NCBI RefSeq assembly: GCF_006345805.1
Contig: NC_042998.1
Coordinates: 7,936,001-8,000,000, forward strand
Source: Octopus sinensis
Lineage: Eukaryota
DNA: 64,000 nucleotides
Direction: 5' to 3'
The position numbers and the translations under genes are program-made. Positions 53,652-64,000 of this stretch are shown in pieces; the stretch's first letter is position 1, and every line of letters begins with the position of its first letter. Under the pieces are notes generated by a model, which did not search any database, was not told the DNA's origin, and saw nothing but the letters and a program-made list of their open reading frames with translations.

Positions 53652-54065
53652 GGATCTTTTCGGTTTGAACAGCAGTTTTTTCTAGCGGTGTCATATGAAA
53701 TTGTCACCCATAATTATGACCCTAGTATCGATCTATTGCATTTCAATCTATTTTAGAGTTAGGGTTAGGGCTGGGGGGAGGATATCTTTTTTTCTTCACA
53801 AATTCAAATAAACCCGATCTGTTTCTTAAACGAGGGACATATTCATACGGCACAGAATGTTTCTGACCTCAAATACGTTAGTGATTGGTTGAACTTGCAG
53901 AAATTGAAGAAAAAAACAACAAATATCTTACAAACTATAGAATTTTCTCAATAAAGCCAAGAGAAAAAGATGTTTTATAAACACATTCTACCAGTATACG
54001 AAGTTTAAAATTTTTTAGTTACCTAGAAATTACGTTAAAAACTGCCGTTCAAACCGAAAAGATCC
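53652..54065. mobile_element. Second copy of the TTAGGG-bearing MITE, with an 8-bp TSD
   Basis: Same TIRs as 30885-31314; ctactatt at 53644-53651 and 54066-54073. Confidence 0.93.
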
Positions 54066-54289
54066 CTACTATTATTTTAATCCTCACACGGTTGGTTAAC
54101 ATACATAGATAGACACTGAAAGGATTTGAATACAGAAGGTAACGGTGCATACTCAATAGCTAAGAGTTTCTCATCCACCGTTCTTCTACTTCTCCTACAC
54201 CTAATCGTCCATATTTTCACTGAAAATAATGTAGATTTGAAAATCACGTTTTATGTATTGATTTAAATTTTTGGCCTAAGGCCATCAAT

Positions 54290-54843
54290 TTTGGGGGAGT
54301 GGGTAAGTCGATTTTATAGACCGCCAGTACTCAACCAGTACTTATTTTTATCGAACCTGAAAAGATGAAAGGCAAAGTCAACCTCGGCGGAATTTGAGCT
54401 CAGAACATAAAGACGAATGAAATACCTATTTCTTTACTACCCACAAGGAGCTAAACACAGACAGGGCAAACAAGGACAGAAAAAACGAAATAAGTCGATT
54501 ATATCGACCCCAGTGCGCAACTGGTACTTATTTAATCGACCCCGAAAGGATGAAAGGCAAAGTCGACCTCGGCGGAATTTGAACTCAGAACGTAACGGCA
54601 GACGAAATACCTATTTCTTTACTACTCACAAGGGGCTAAACACAGAGGGGACAAACAAGGACAGACAAACGGAATAAGTCGATTATATTGACCCCAGTGC
54701 GTAACTGGTAGTTATTTGATCGACCCCGAAAGGATGAAAGGCAAAGTCGACCTCGGCGGAATTTGAACTCAGAACGTAACGGCAGAGGAAATACGGCTAC
54801 GCATTTCGCCCGGCGTGCTAACGTTTCTGCCAGCTCGCCGCCT
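54290..54843 (-). mobile_element. SINE family A concatemer (head-body-tail, body-tail, older body)
   Basis: The junction gaaatacctatttctttactac occurs at about 54420 and 54605. Confidence 0.93.
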
Positions 54844-55227
54844 TAATTACGTTTTATATATTGGAATTCAATACGTGTTGGTGTATCTCAGGTAACATGG
54901 TTGGGGTATAGTAAGATAACAGGGTAACGCCGTTAGCAGGGGGCGGTTAGGAAAGTAAAGGAGAAGGGTGACATAAAATAAATTAAATTAAAATGAAACA
55001 AAATGAAACACAATAAACAGTAAAAGGAGGTAGAAGGAGGTATAATTTTCTGTAATAAATTTATGGATATAAAATTTTAAAAGGTTTCCGGAGGTAAACA
55101 GATTATGAGTTTATGAATTTCCGACCTGTGGGCTTATGTCGAACAACTGCTGTCACGTGTGGGACGAGTCGGTTTATAAACTGTTTATGAATATAGAGGT
55201 AGCTATGAAAGTAGGAAGGTAGATAAA

Positions 55228-55247
55228 TAAGTAGACAGATAGGTAGG

Positions 55248-55316
<69 letters not shown>
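55228..55316. repeat. (GATA)n array, left flank of the Tx1 element
   Basis: Direct reading. Confidence 0.97.
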
Positions 55317-55317
<1 letters not shown>

Positions 55318-56319
55318 GTTTCTTTATTGGCCACACAGGGCTGCACACAGATGGGACAAGTTACAAGGTAGAGCTTTTCTTTTGGGGTGAAAAAAAAAGG
55401 TGGCGTAGGTTTTTGATCAAAAGGGATCGTAAAAGGGAAAAAAGAACAAAAAAAGAAAAAAGAAAAAAGGAAAAAAGAAAAAAGAAAAAAGAAAAAAGAA
55501 AAATGAAAAAAGAAGAAAAAAGAGGAAAAAAGGGGGAGAGGAAAAAACGATCAATAGGGATCGTGTATCACAGTGTCATGATGTATGGTGTAAAGGGGAA
55601 AGCAAGTAAGGTTTATCCGTGGGAAGAAAAGCCTACGAAAAAGACCACGGTAACCTTGGTCAATATTGTTATATGTTACCACATTTGTTTGCAAGTGGGT
55701 AACCCTCTGTTTTCAGTTTCTGGGTTCATAGGATTATGCTCAAGGTGGCTTCGTCATTCATACGTGCCATCCTTGCTACATTGACCCATCTTGTTTTAAA
55801 ACGTTCGCTAGACAAAACTTGCCTCTCTACTCTCACTTTCCTTTTCAAGTGGTACTTGAAGAAGTTGATGAGAGATTGACCAGAGAGGAAAGTGTTTGTC
55901 TCCAATCCTTTCAGACGCGTCCACCAGATACATTCTTTCGCCATAGCCACAAGGATGATGAAAATAGCTCTTCCTTCCCGTTTGAAGGAAGGAGGCGTGA
56001 CAATATTGACGATAGACTCAGCTGATAAACCGTCTCGTCCCACACGTGACAGCAGTTGTTCGACATAAGCCCACAGGTCGGAAATTATTGGACACTGCAC
56101 GATGCATGCAGAACGGTTTCGTCGCTCTGACCGCATCTCGGGCAGGTCGGCCCCGTGTTTCTCGAGCCGTGTCTGTAGAGCTTATCCCGAACGGGTAGCG
56201 CTTCTCGGTAGCACTGCCAGGCCAGGGATCTCTGGAAGTTGTCCATGGGCCCTGGCCCGAAAGTCGTCCCGAACAGGCGGGTCAAGTATTCCTCGTCGAC
56301 ATCCAGGTGTATTCCAGGT
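55317..56319 (-). mobile_element. 5'-truncated Tx1/L1-clade retrotransposon (zf-RVT end of ORF2 plus 3' UTR)
   Basis: [24 protein letters not shown]...[14 protein letters not shown], one frameshift, then [16 protein letters not shown]... to a stop at 55726; AATAAA at 55328-55323; no poly(A). Confidence 0.85.
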
Positions 56320-56356
<37 letters not shown>

Positions 56357-56442
56357 GTAGGTAGGTAGGTAAACAGACAGACAGACAGACATACAGATAG
56401 ATAGATAGGTAGGTAGGTAGGTAGATAGAGAGACAGACAGAC

Positions 56443-56505
<63 letters not shown>
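56320..56505. repeat. (GATA)n/(GGTA)n/(GACA)n array, right flank of the Tx1 element
   Basis: Direct reading. Confidence 0.97.
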
Positions 56506-56506
<1 letters not shown>

Positions 56507-57065
56507 GCGTTTACCCTGAATGTGGCGTGTGACCTGTAGAATGCTTTGTTGTTGGTTGTTATTGTATTGGATTTAATGTCTTTTTTCTTTTCTTCATTTT
56601 ACCTGACAAATATCACTTCTATTTAATAACCAATGCTTAATTTCACTTCACACAAAATGATTCTGATGTTCAATTATCAACATTATTTTGCATTAACTTC
56701 CATTGATTTCTTGCAAATAACTTAGTTGTTTTGTTGTTATTTATTAATCTCGTGAAATATTCTGTGCACCTGCTTCTTGAATATTTCCTTCTCAAGGATG
56801 TTTTATGTTAGTTATACATATATGACACAGCAACCATTGCCATTACAAAATGATTTGCATAAAATGAAATCTCATTGTGTTTAAATATATCTATCTATAC
56901 TGTTAATTAGCGTTTAACTTTTTTGTTAGCGAATTCTATAAGAGAATGTACAAAAGTCATTGGATTTTCCATCTGCACTTTAATTACTCTCACATCATCC
57001 CATCTTTATATTAAATACTTTTGCACGCGCACTCTCGCTCTCTCGCCCCCTCTCTCTCTCTCTTC

Positions 57066-57136
<71 letters not shown>

Positions 57137-57799
57137 CTATGAAGTTTATACAATGCTTCATTCCAGCTCCTCTTTCTACACTCCAAGTGTCGTCTACACC
57201 CAACCTCGGCACCTTACCCCAAGCTTATGTTTCTGTCAACAGTAACTGCCGTACACCATCTTCTCCCACAAAAAAAGCTATATCGTATATTGTTGCCAGG
57301 TTGTAAAGTTTTTTCTTACACATGCTCCAAGTTTCAATGACCAGAGCTTTTAGTGAACCCATTTCGTTGCAATTGTAGATAATTAGTAACAGTTTTTGCT
57401 TTCGCTATCGAAGGAGAAATGTGTGGGAAGGAGACAGTAAGAGAATATTTGTGCTGATTGCAAGGCTAAGTAATCAGAGCTTTCAGTGAACAATTCGCTA
57501 CGCTTCTAGATACTTGATGGAAGTGGGTTTTGCTTAATGGAAGAGAGAGAGAGAAGATAAAAAGCAAAAGGTGAAAGAGGCAGATACTTAAAGGAGAAAG
57601 TAGTTAATTGCTGTTAAAGGTATGCTTCATAATGAACTGTCAGTAAATGTATAGCCAAAAACAAAGCGCATATTAAACTTTGCAATTCTGTTTCTCTTCT
57701 CGATTGGCCAGCTTGAAATATTAACAAAATTTTAGATAATGTAGTCCTAAATACACTACTCTTAAAAAATGAAGACTGAGATTAAGAACAACAACAGAA

Positions 57800-57990
57800 G
57801 CAGTGGAGGCGCAATGGCCCAGTGGTTAGGGCAGCGGACTCGCGGTCGTAAGAACGCGGTTTCGATTCCCAGGCCGGGCATTGTGAGTGTTTATTGAGCA
57901 AAAACACATAAGCTCCACGAGTCTCCGGCGTGGGGTGGTGGTGAACCCCGCTGTACTCTTTCGCCATAACTTTCTCTCACTCATTCTTCC
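57800..57990 (+). mobile_element. SINE family C, head and body only
   Basis: ggaggcgcaatggcccagtggttagggcagcggactcgcgg...ggtttcgattccc. Confidence 0.9.
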
Positions 57991-60339
57991 TACTTTTGCC
58001 ACAAAGCAGAGGAACCATGGTGTAACCCACTATGGTGTGGTAAACTTTCAGACCCTAGTCTAGATTGCGAATCCTCTGTACCCCAGGATGGTTCAACTCT
58101 CCACCCGTTAAAAGCCACCGTTTACGGAATGAGGGTAATAACGTAGCTTTCGCGCCCGTGCAACCGCCAGTCTATCGCGTGTGATGGGTGGATCTTCAAG
58201 TTGCCACACGCATTCCTAGTAGCTTAGAATAGACTCGAATTAGATATTATTCTTTGTGGTTAATGACGTGAGTCCTGATTGGAAGAAGAAGAAGAAGAAG
58301 AAGACAACAGCAGCATCGACACGCGAGTTGATTTATATATTTACTGAAGTAACATGAAATACCCGACTTATAACCATAGAAAGAATAAGCAAAATTACAG
58401 AGAAGACAGTGTTGCGTAAGGTGGAGTGATAGTAGTGTGAAAAGATGTGATGGCAGTAATGCAGGTACGAATCGATGAAAATAAGTTTAAATAAAGATAT
58501 GATTTAAAAGACACGCGATATAGATGGATATAATATGTATTTTGTGTTCATTTGTAACATTTACTGGTTACACAGTAGGAAAAGTAGGAAATAGACATTT
58601 GACACGACTTCACGCTTGAATGCTATAACAATCGGGTGTTGAGTGATGGTTAACACCTGAACGAAGCATGTATATTGTATATTAATGTGTTTCGTTTAAT
58701 TGCGGTGCTACGTTCGAACGCATCAGTGTATGAAACATGTAAAGGAATGATCTCCGCCGAACTGACTTTGACTTCTCTGACATGCCACCGGAAAACCTTC
58801 AAGTGTGTTGTCATTATGTCTAATAAGCTAAGCAGTCCAATCATTTTCTAATATTTAATTCTTGGCTCGACCGTGCAGGCACTTTTATAAAAAAAAAGAA
58901 TTCATCTTAAGATGTTGAACATCTGCTCAAGATAAGAAATGTAATATCTGAAGAGAAATTCTATGTGCGTCTACATCTATGTAGAATGAGACAGAGAATG
59001 GTTTGCAAGTATAAATCACAGTTGTAAGCTATAATTCAGCTTAGAAATATAAATAAATCTACGGGCTTTAGTTACAAGATGCAAAATATCTGCAAATCAC
59101 ATTCAAATAGGAACAGCGTTACGCATATAAGTTTTTCTCGTTCAAGTCTATAAATTATTCATAAATTATTCAAACTGTTATACTCTGTTATGCCAGGTAA
59201 AAATGCCTAGTTCTGTACAGAGCTAGATGAAAGCAAGTTATCAGAAGCAGGCGATGCTTCTAAAATAAATAAAAATATAGTTGAAGGGAGACAGACATTT
59301 GGGAACTCAGTATTGTGCATCTGTGTGTTTACGAATGTATGTCTTTATGGATTTTAACTTCTTCTAGATTTAATATGTATTGTCCAAAGGGGTCATATGT
59401 TTTGGGGAATTATTTCTTTAACTGCAGTTTTTAGCTTCTATTGTCGAGACATCTATCATCAGGCCGACAACGACTTATGCCTCTGTGATGAGAGAAATGC
59501 CAGCGGAATGTTTTGAAGTGGTGGTGTCTTTCGAGGACGTTATATTAGAACATTGCTAAGAATTTCTTGTTGTGGATAAGCTATATGATAGTATAACCGT
59601 GATACGGTGGAAGATGTAAGGTCATGTTCTACGCATGACCATTAAGAAACTAGTGACGGCCTCTCACAAGTGTAAGTGGGGGGCGAGGTGGATCTGTCAA
59701 AATCTGGTTGAGAATTGCGAATGAGAAACTCGTAGATAACGATGCTAGCCTGGGAGCAGGCTCATGTCAGATCTTGTGACTGTGTTAGGGCGGAGATCTC
59801 TTGTCATTCGACGCCTAATGGAGAGCGGAAGAAATGAAGAAAATACTCGGATTTATTATAGATACTGAAAATTATTACCCATAGACACCTCCATAAAGTG
59901 GACTAATTGTATGTTAAGTGAATCGGTTTTAGTTGGGAATCGAAATCGACTCACAAATACAGTTGAGAGTTGAGAGCTGAAAAAAGAAAGAAGAGAGAAA
60001 GACGAACGGACAGATAGAAAGAAAAGAATTCACAGAGCCTCCATGTCCTCAAGTGTGCAGATAATCATAAACGTGTTCGTGTTATTCAAACAATCCGTGA
60101 AGTACGTGTCTTAAATACATTCCTACAATCTCATCATTATAATATTTTCTTTAAATTATACGTCCACGTATTGAAGTAAAGTTTAAGTGGAGTTTAGAAC
60201 AACAATAAGAGGCGAGGCAGCAGCCAACGCGATCAGTCGCAAGAACCACAGAATCAATAACGATATGGATAAAAACAATAAGACGTCATCAGGATTCTGT
60301 ACTTGAATGAAATATCTTTTGACAGGAGTAAGCTACGTA

Positions 60340-60462
60340 ATAATGATATTAATAATAATAATAAATAATAATAATAATATAATAATAGTAATAATAATAA
60401 TAATAATAGTAACAGTAATAATAATAATAATAAGAAGAAGAAAAGGAAGAAGAATTAATAAC

Positions 60463-60498
<36 letters not shown>

Positions 60499-60643
60499 GA
60501 TAATAATAACAGTAATAATAATAATAACAATAATAATAACGATAATAATAACAGTAATAATAACAATAATAATAATAATAATAATAACAGTAATAATAAT
60601 AATAATAATAACAGTAATAATAATAATAATGATAATAATAACA

Positions 60644-60691
<48 letters not shown>

Positions 60692-60753
60692 GTAATAATG
60701 ATAATAATAATAATAACGATAATAATAACAGTAATAATAATAATAATAATAAT

Positions 60754-60792
<39 letters not shown>

Positions 60793-60910
60793 GATAATAA
60801 TAACAGTAATAATAATAATAACGATAATAATAACAGTAATAATAATAATAATAATAATAATAATATAATAATAATAATAATAATAATAATATAATAATAA
60901 CAGCAATAAT
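60340..60910. repeat. About 570-bp degenerate (AAT)n with a recurring aacgataataataacagt variant
   Basis: Direct reading; source of the poly-N, poly-I and poly-Y ORFs. Confidence 0.97.
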
Positions 60911-61104
60911 AAGGATAAAGATAATCATGATGATGGCTTTTCTTTCAGTTAATTATTTCGGTAATGCAACTTTGAAATCGGAACAACCTGAAGCATTTAA
61001 CATTCTGTTTTTTATTTAAAAAAAAAATCATTAGATTTTCTATAACTTATTATTCTTAAGACTTAATTAAAGGAAACTAATTTTAATTTCTATAAATAAA
61101 TGCG

Positions 61105-61439
61105 CAAGGGTGGATACGTGGTAAGAAGTTTGCTTCCTAACCAGATGGTTCTGGTTTCAGGTCCACTGCGTGGCAACTTGGGGAGACTTCTATTATAGCC
61201 CCGGAACGACCAAAGCTTTGTGAGTGGATTGGCTAGACTGGGAAGCACTCCGTCGGTTCCGACGACGAGGGTTCCGGTTGATCCGATCAACGGAACAGCC
61301 TGCTCGTGAAATTTAACGTGTAAGTGGCTGAGCACTCCACAGACACGTGTACCCATAACGTAGTTCTCGGGGATATTCAGCGTGACACAGAGAGTGACAA
61401 GGCCGGCCCTTTGAAATACAGGTACAACAGAAACAGGAA

Positions 61440-61482
<43 letters not shown>

Positions 61483-61900
61483 GTGCCTCGTGAAGCTTTA
61501 GGTGTTTTCGCTCAATAAACACTCACAACGCCCGGTCTGGGAATCGAAACCGCGATCCTACGACCGCGAGTCCGCTGCCCTAACCACTGGGCCATTGCGC
61601 CTCCACTATTGGCTAGACTAGACGGAAACTAAAAGAAGGCCGTTGTATGTATATACATATATCGGCATATTTGTGCGTGTATGTATGTGTGTATGCTTGG
61701 TGCTTCTGTGTGTGTGTGACTTGGTGTATGTGTTTGTCCCACACCACCGCTTGTGAACAGGTGTTGGTGTGTTTACGTCCACGTCAATTAGCAATACGGC
61801 AAAAGAGATTGCCAGAATGAGTCCTAGGCTTTACAATAAAATAATAAGTTGTGGGATCCATTCGTTCGACTAAAACCCCTCAGTCTAATGAATGAAGCAA
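61105..61900 (+). mobile_element. Older family B SINE interrupted by a family C SINE (61240-61607, minus strand, tail type 1)
   Basis: 12-bp TSD attggctagact (61228-61239 and 61608-61619). Confidence 0.9.
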
Positions 61901-61927
61901 GTAAAAAACAAAAGATAAATAGATAAA

Positions 61928-62340
61928 TAGGCGCAGGAGTGGCTGTATGGTAAAGTAGCTTGCTTACCAACCACATGGTTTCGGGCTCAGTCCCACTGCG
62001 TGGCACCTTGGGCAAGTGTCTTCTACTATAGCCTCGTGCCGACCAAAGCCTTGTGAGTGGATTTGGTAGACGGAAACTGAAGCCTGTCGTATATATATGT
62101 ATATATATATATGCGTGTGTGTGTTTGTATGTCTGTGTTTGTCCCCCTAGCATTGCTTGACAACCGATGCTGGTGTGTTTATGTCCCCGTTACTTAGCGG
62201 TTCGGCAAAAGAGACCGATAGAATAAGTACTGGGATTTCAAAAGAATAAGTCCCAGGGTCGAGTTGCTCGATTAAAAGGTGGTGCTCCAGCATGGCCGCA
62301 GTCAAATGACTGAAACAAGTAAAAGAAAAGAAAAGAAAGA
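61928..62340 (+). mobile_element. SINE family B
   Basis: Family B consensus from head to tail. Confidence 0.95.
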
Positions 62341-62424
62341 AAGTTCCAAACAATAACATCGTTAGAAAGTCCTCGTTTCATATTTTCCCTTTAGTGTTAA
62401 TGATTAGTTTTCATGATGAAATAG

Positions 62425-62643
62425 AAGGCGGCGAGCTGACACGCCAGGCGAAATGCGTAGCCGTATTTCGTCTGCCGTTACGTTCTGAGTTCAAATTCCG
62501 CCCAGGTCGACTTAGCCTTTCATCCCTTCGCGGTCGATAAATTAAGTACCAGTTACGCACTGGGGTCGATGTAATCGACTTAATCCGTTTGTCTGTCCTT
62601 GTTTGTCCCCTCTATGTTTAGCCTCTTGTGGGTAATAAAGAAA
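62425..62643 (+). mobile_element. SINE family A
   Basis: Family A consensus with a short deletion in the head. Confidence 0.93.
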
Positions 62644-63122
62644 CATATTTGTTTACCTGATGAGCTTGATTCCTTTTAAATGCATTGTCTTCGTATTCTG
62701 GAAGAAAGAACTTATCATTAGCTATATCAGATGAGATTTGATTACGCTTAAATAAATATCTATGGGGGAAAAAAACTGCAAACGCTTTTGCAAAATGAAT
62801 GACATAAAACGTACTCTTTGGTTACACGACAGCTTTTCGGAATAAAAAAAATTCATGTTCTATAAGCCACTTTATTTCAATTGCGATAAAGTTTATTCAC
62901 TAATTCACTAATATTTATATTAATGCACATTGTCAGTGTAGCTGAGTAGACACGTGTAAATACGTGCGTGCACTCAAACACATGTGCATATATACATGCA
63001 TACATACATACATACATACATACATTTCACTTCCCGAGCGTTATACTAATACATCTGTTTGTTGTCTACACCTCCTGACTTCGTCTTTTGTGAATTCTCC
63101 CTCCCTACATACATACATACAT

Positions 63123-63362
63123 GATGGCTGCCCCCTCGTTATCGAGTACGGCCATTGTACGAAGCTTAACTGTTACTGGTGCTGTGATCGAATGTGACTT
63201 TTTAGCCCAGCTAAAGATCTAAAATGTCTTGTACAAAATTGGCAACTAAAACCTTTACGGGTAATAGCCGGCTGTAGTTGTAACTGGGCTTCATGTACCT
63301 TTGCATGTCGTTTAAGTCCTCCTGCCGAATTACACTCTTTTCCACATGCCCGACAGATATGA
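63123..63362 (-). mobile_element. Probable LINE (RTE-like) 3' end with two C2H2 zinc fingers
   Basis: CRACGKECNSAGGLKRHAKVH and CQFCTRHFRSLAGLKSHIRSQH, stop at 63173, a 50-nt tail, and (TACA)n on both sides. Confidence 0.55.
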
Positions 63363-64000
63363 ATACATACATACATACATACATACATACATACATACAT
63401 ACATACATACATACATACATAGAAAAAGAAATCAACCAACTATCTCGCTTATTACAAATGCAATCTGTAAGTGGAACAGTAAAAATATACGTGACTTTTC
63501 TCAAGTTTAAAATGTGACAGTGTTTTTATTATCAACGTGCATATCTACATGCATATCTACATACATATATGCATACATACATATAAATGTGTACATATAC
63601 GTCTACACACACACAAATACACGCACGAATACATATATATTTATAATTGTACGTATACATATATAGATATATATGTATGTATACATACATACACATATAC
63701 ATCACACAGACACATATGTATATGAGAGTGTGTGTGGTGTATGTATGTTTGCGTACTGTTATGTTTTACCTACTTAAGAACATTGATAAAACACAGAGAT
63801 AAATCAATATAGAATACTGCACCGCTTACCATATGTACAACACACAACGGAGAAATTGTGCAGTAAGAGCATATTAACTCTGAAGCATATTAATACTGCT
63901 TGTCATAATCAAGTTCCTTCCCGTGTCTTAGAGGCTCATATTACCTGTTTCAAAATTTCTGTGGCGTAGGAATATCTCCCAGCCCCGTCACAGCATCACT

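Noticed and set aside
54290-54843. Regularly spaced repeats as a CRISPR array
   Set aside because: Tandem SINE bodies of about 185 bp with no unique spacers, in eukaryotic DNA.
57800-57880. SINE heads as tRNA genes
   Set aside because: They have A/B boxes but I could not fold a cloverleaf, and they run into SINE bodies.
60307-60928. Poly-Asn, poly-Ile and poly-Tyr ORFs of 150-195 aa
   Set aside because: These come from the (AAT)n trinucleotide array.
63173-63362. Host C2H2 zinc-finger gene exon
   Set aside because: No acceptor site, no TGEKP linker, and the ORF start lies in a microsatellite; a LINE tail fits better, though a host exon is not excluded.

Overview
This is AT-rich animal genomic DNA saturated with microsatellites, SINEs and decayed transposons. 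The SINE families resemble those I recall from octopus (a coleoid cephalopod); this is an inference, not a database result. I can support no intact protein-coding gene, tRNA/rRNA gene or CRISPR array. Most long ORFs in the track are translations of (TA)n, (CA)n, (ACAT)n, (GATA)n or (AAT)n tracts. The window contains about 35 tRNA-headed SINE copies in 3-4 modular families, remnants of RTE-, CR1- and Tx1/L1-type LINEs and Penelope-like elements (PLEs), three non-autonomous Helitrons plus a decayed Helitron helicase, and several MITEs. The most notable signals are: (1) minimal type-I hammerhead-ribozyme-like motifs in PLE-like repeats, including a 286-bp near-perfect palindrome whose arms each carry a hammerhead fold with the C3:G8 core pair swapped to G3:C8; (2) a Tx1-type retrotransposon embedded in a (GATA)n array and a double-C2H2 LINE-like tail embedded in (ACAT)n, suggesting microsatellite targeting; (3) a TIR element carrying (TTAGGG)n; (4) SINE concatemers joined at one fixed junction; and (5) a few short, unverified exon candidates.
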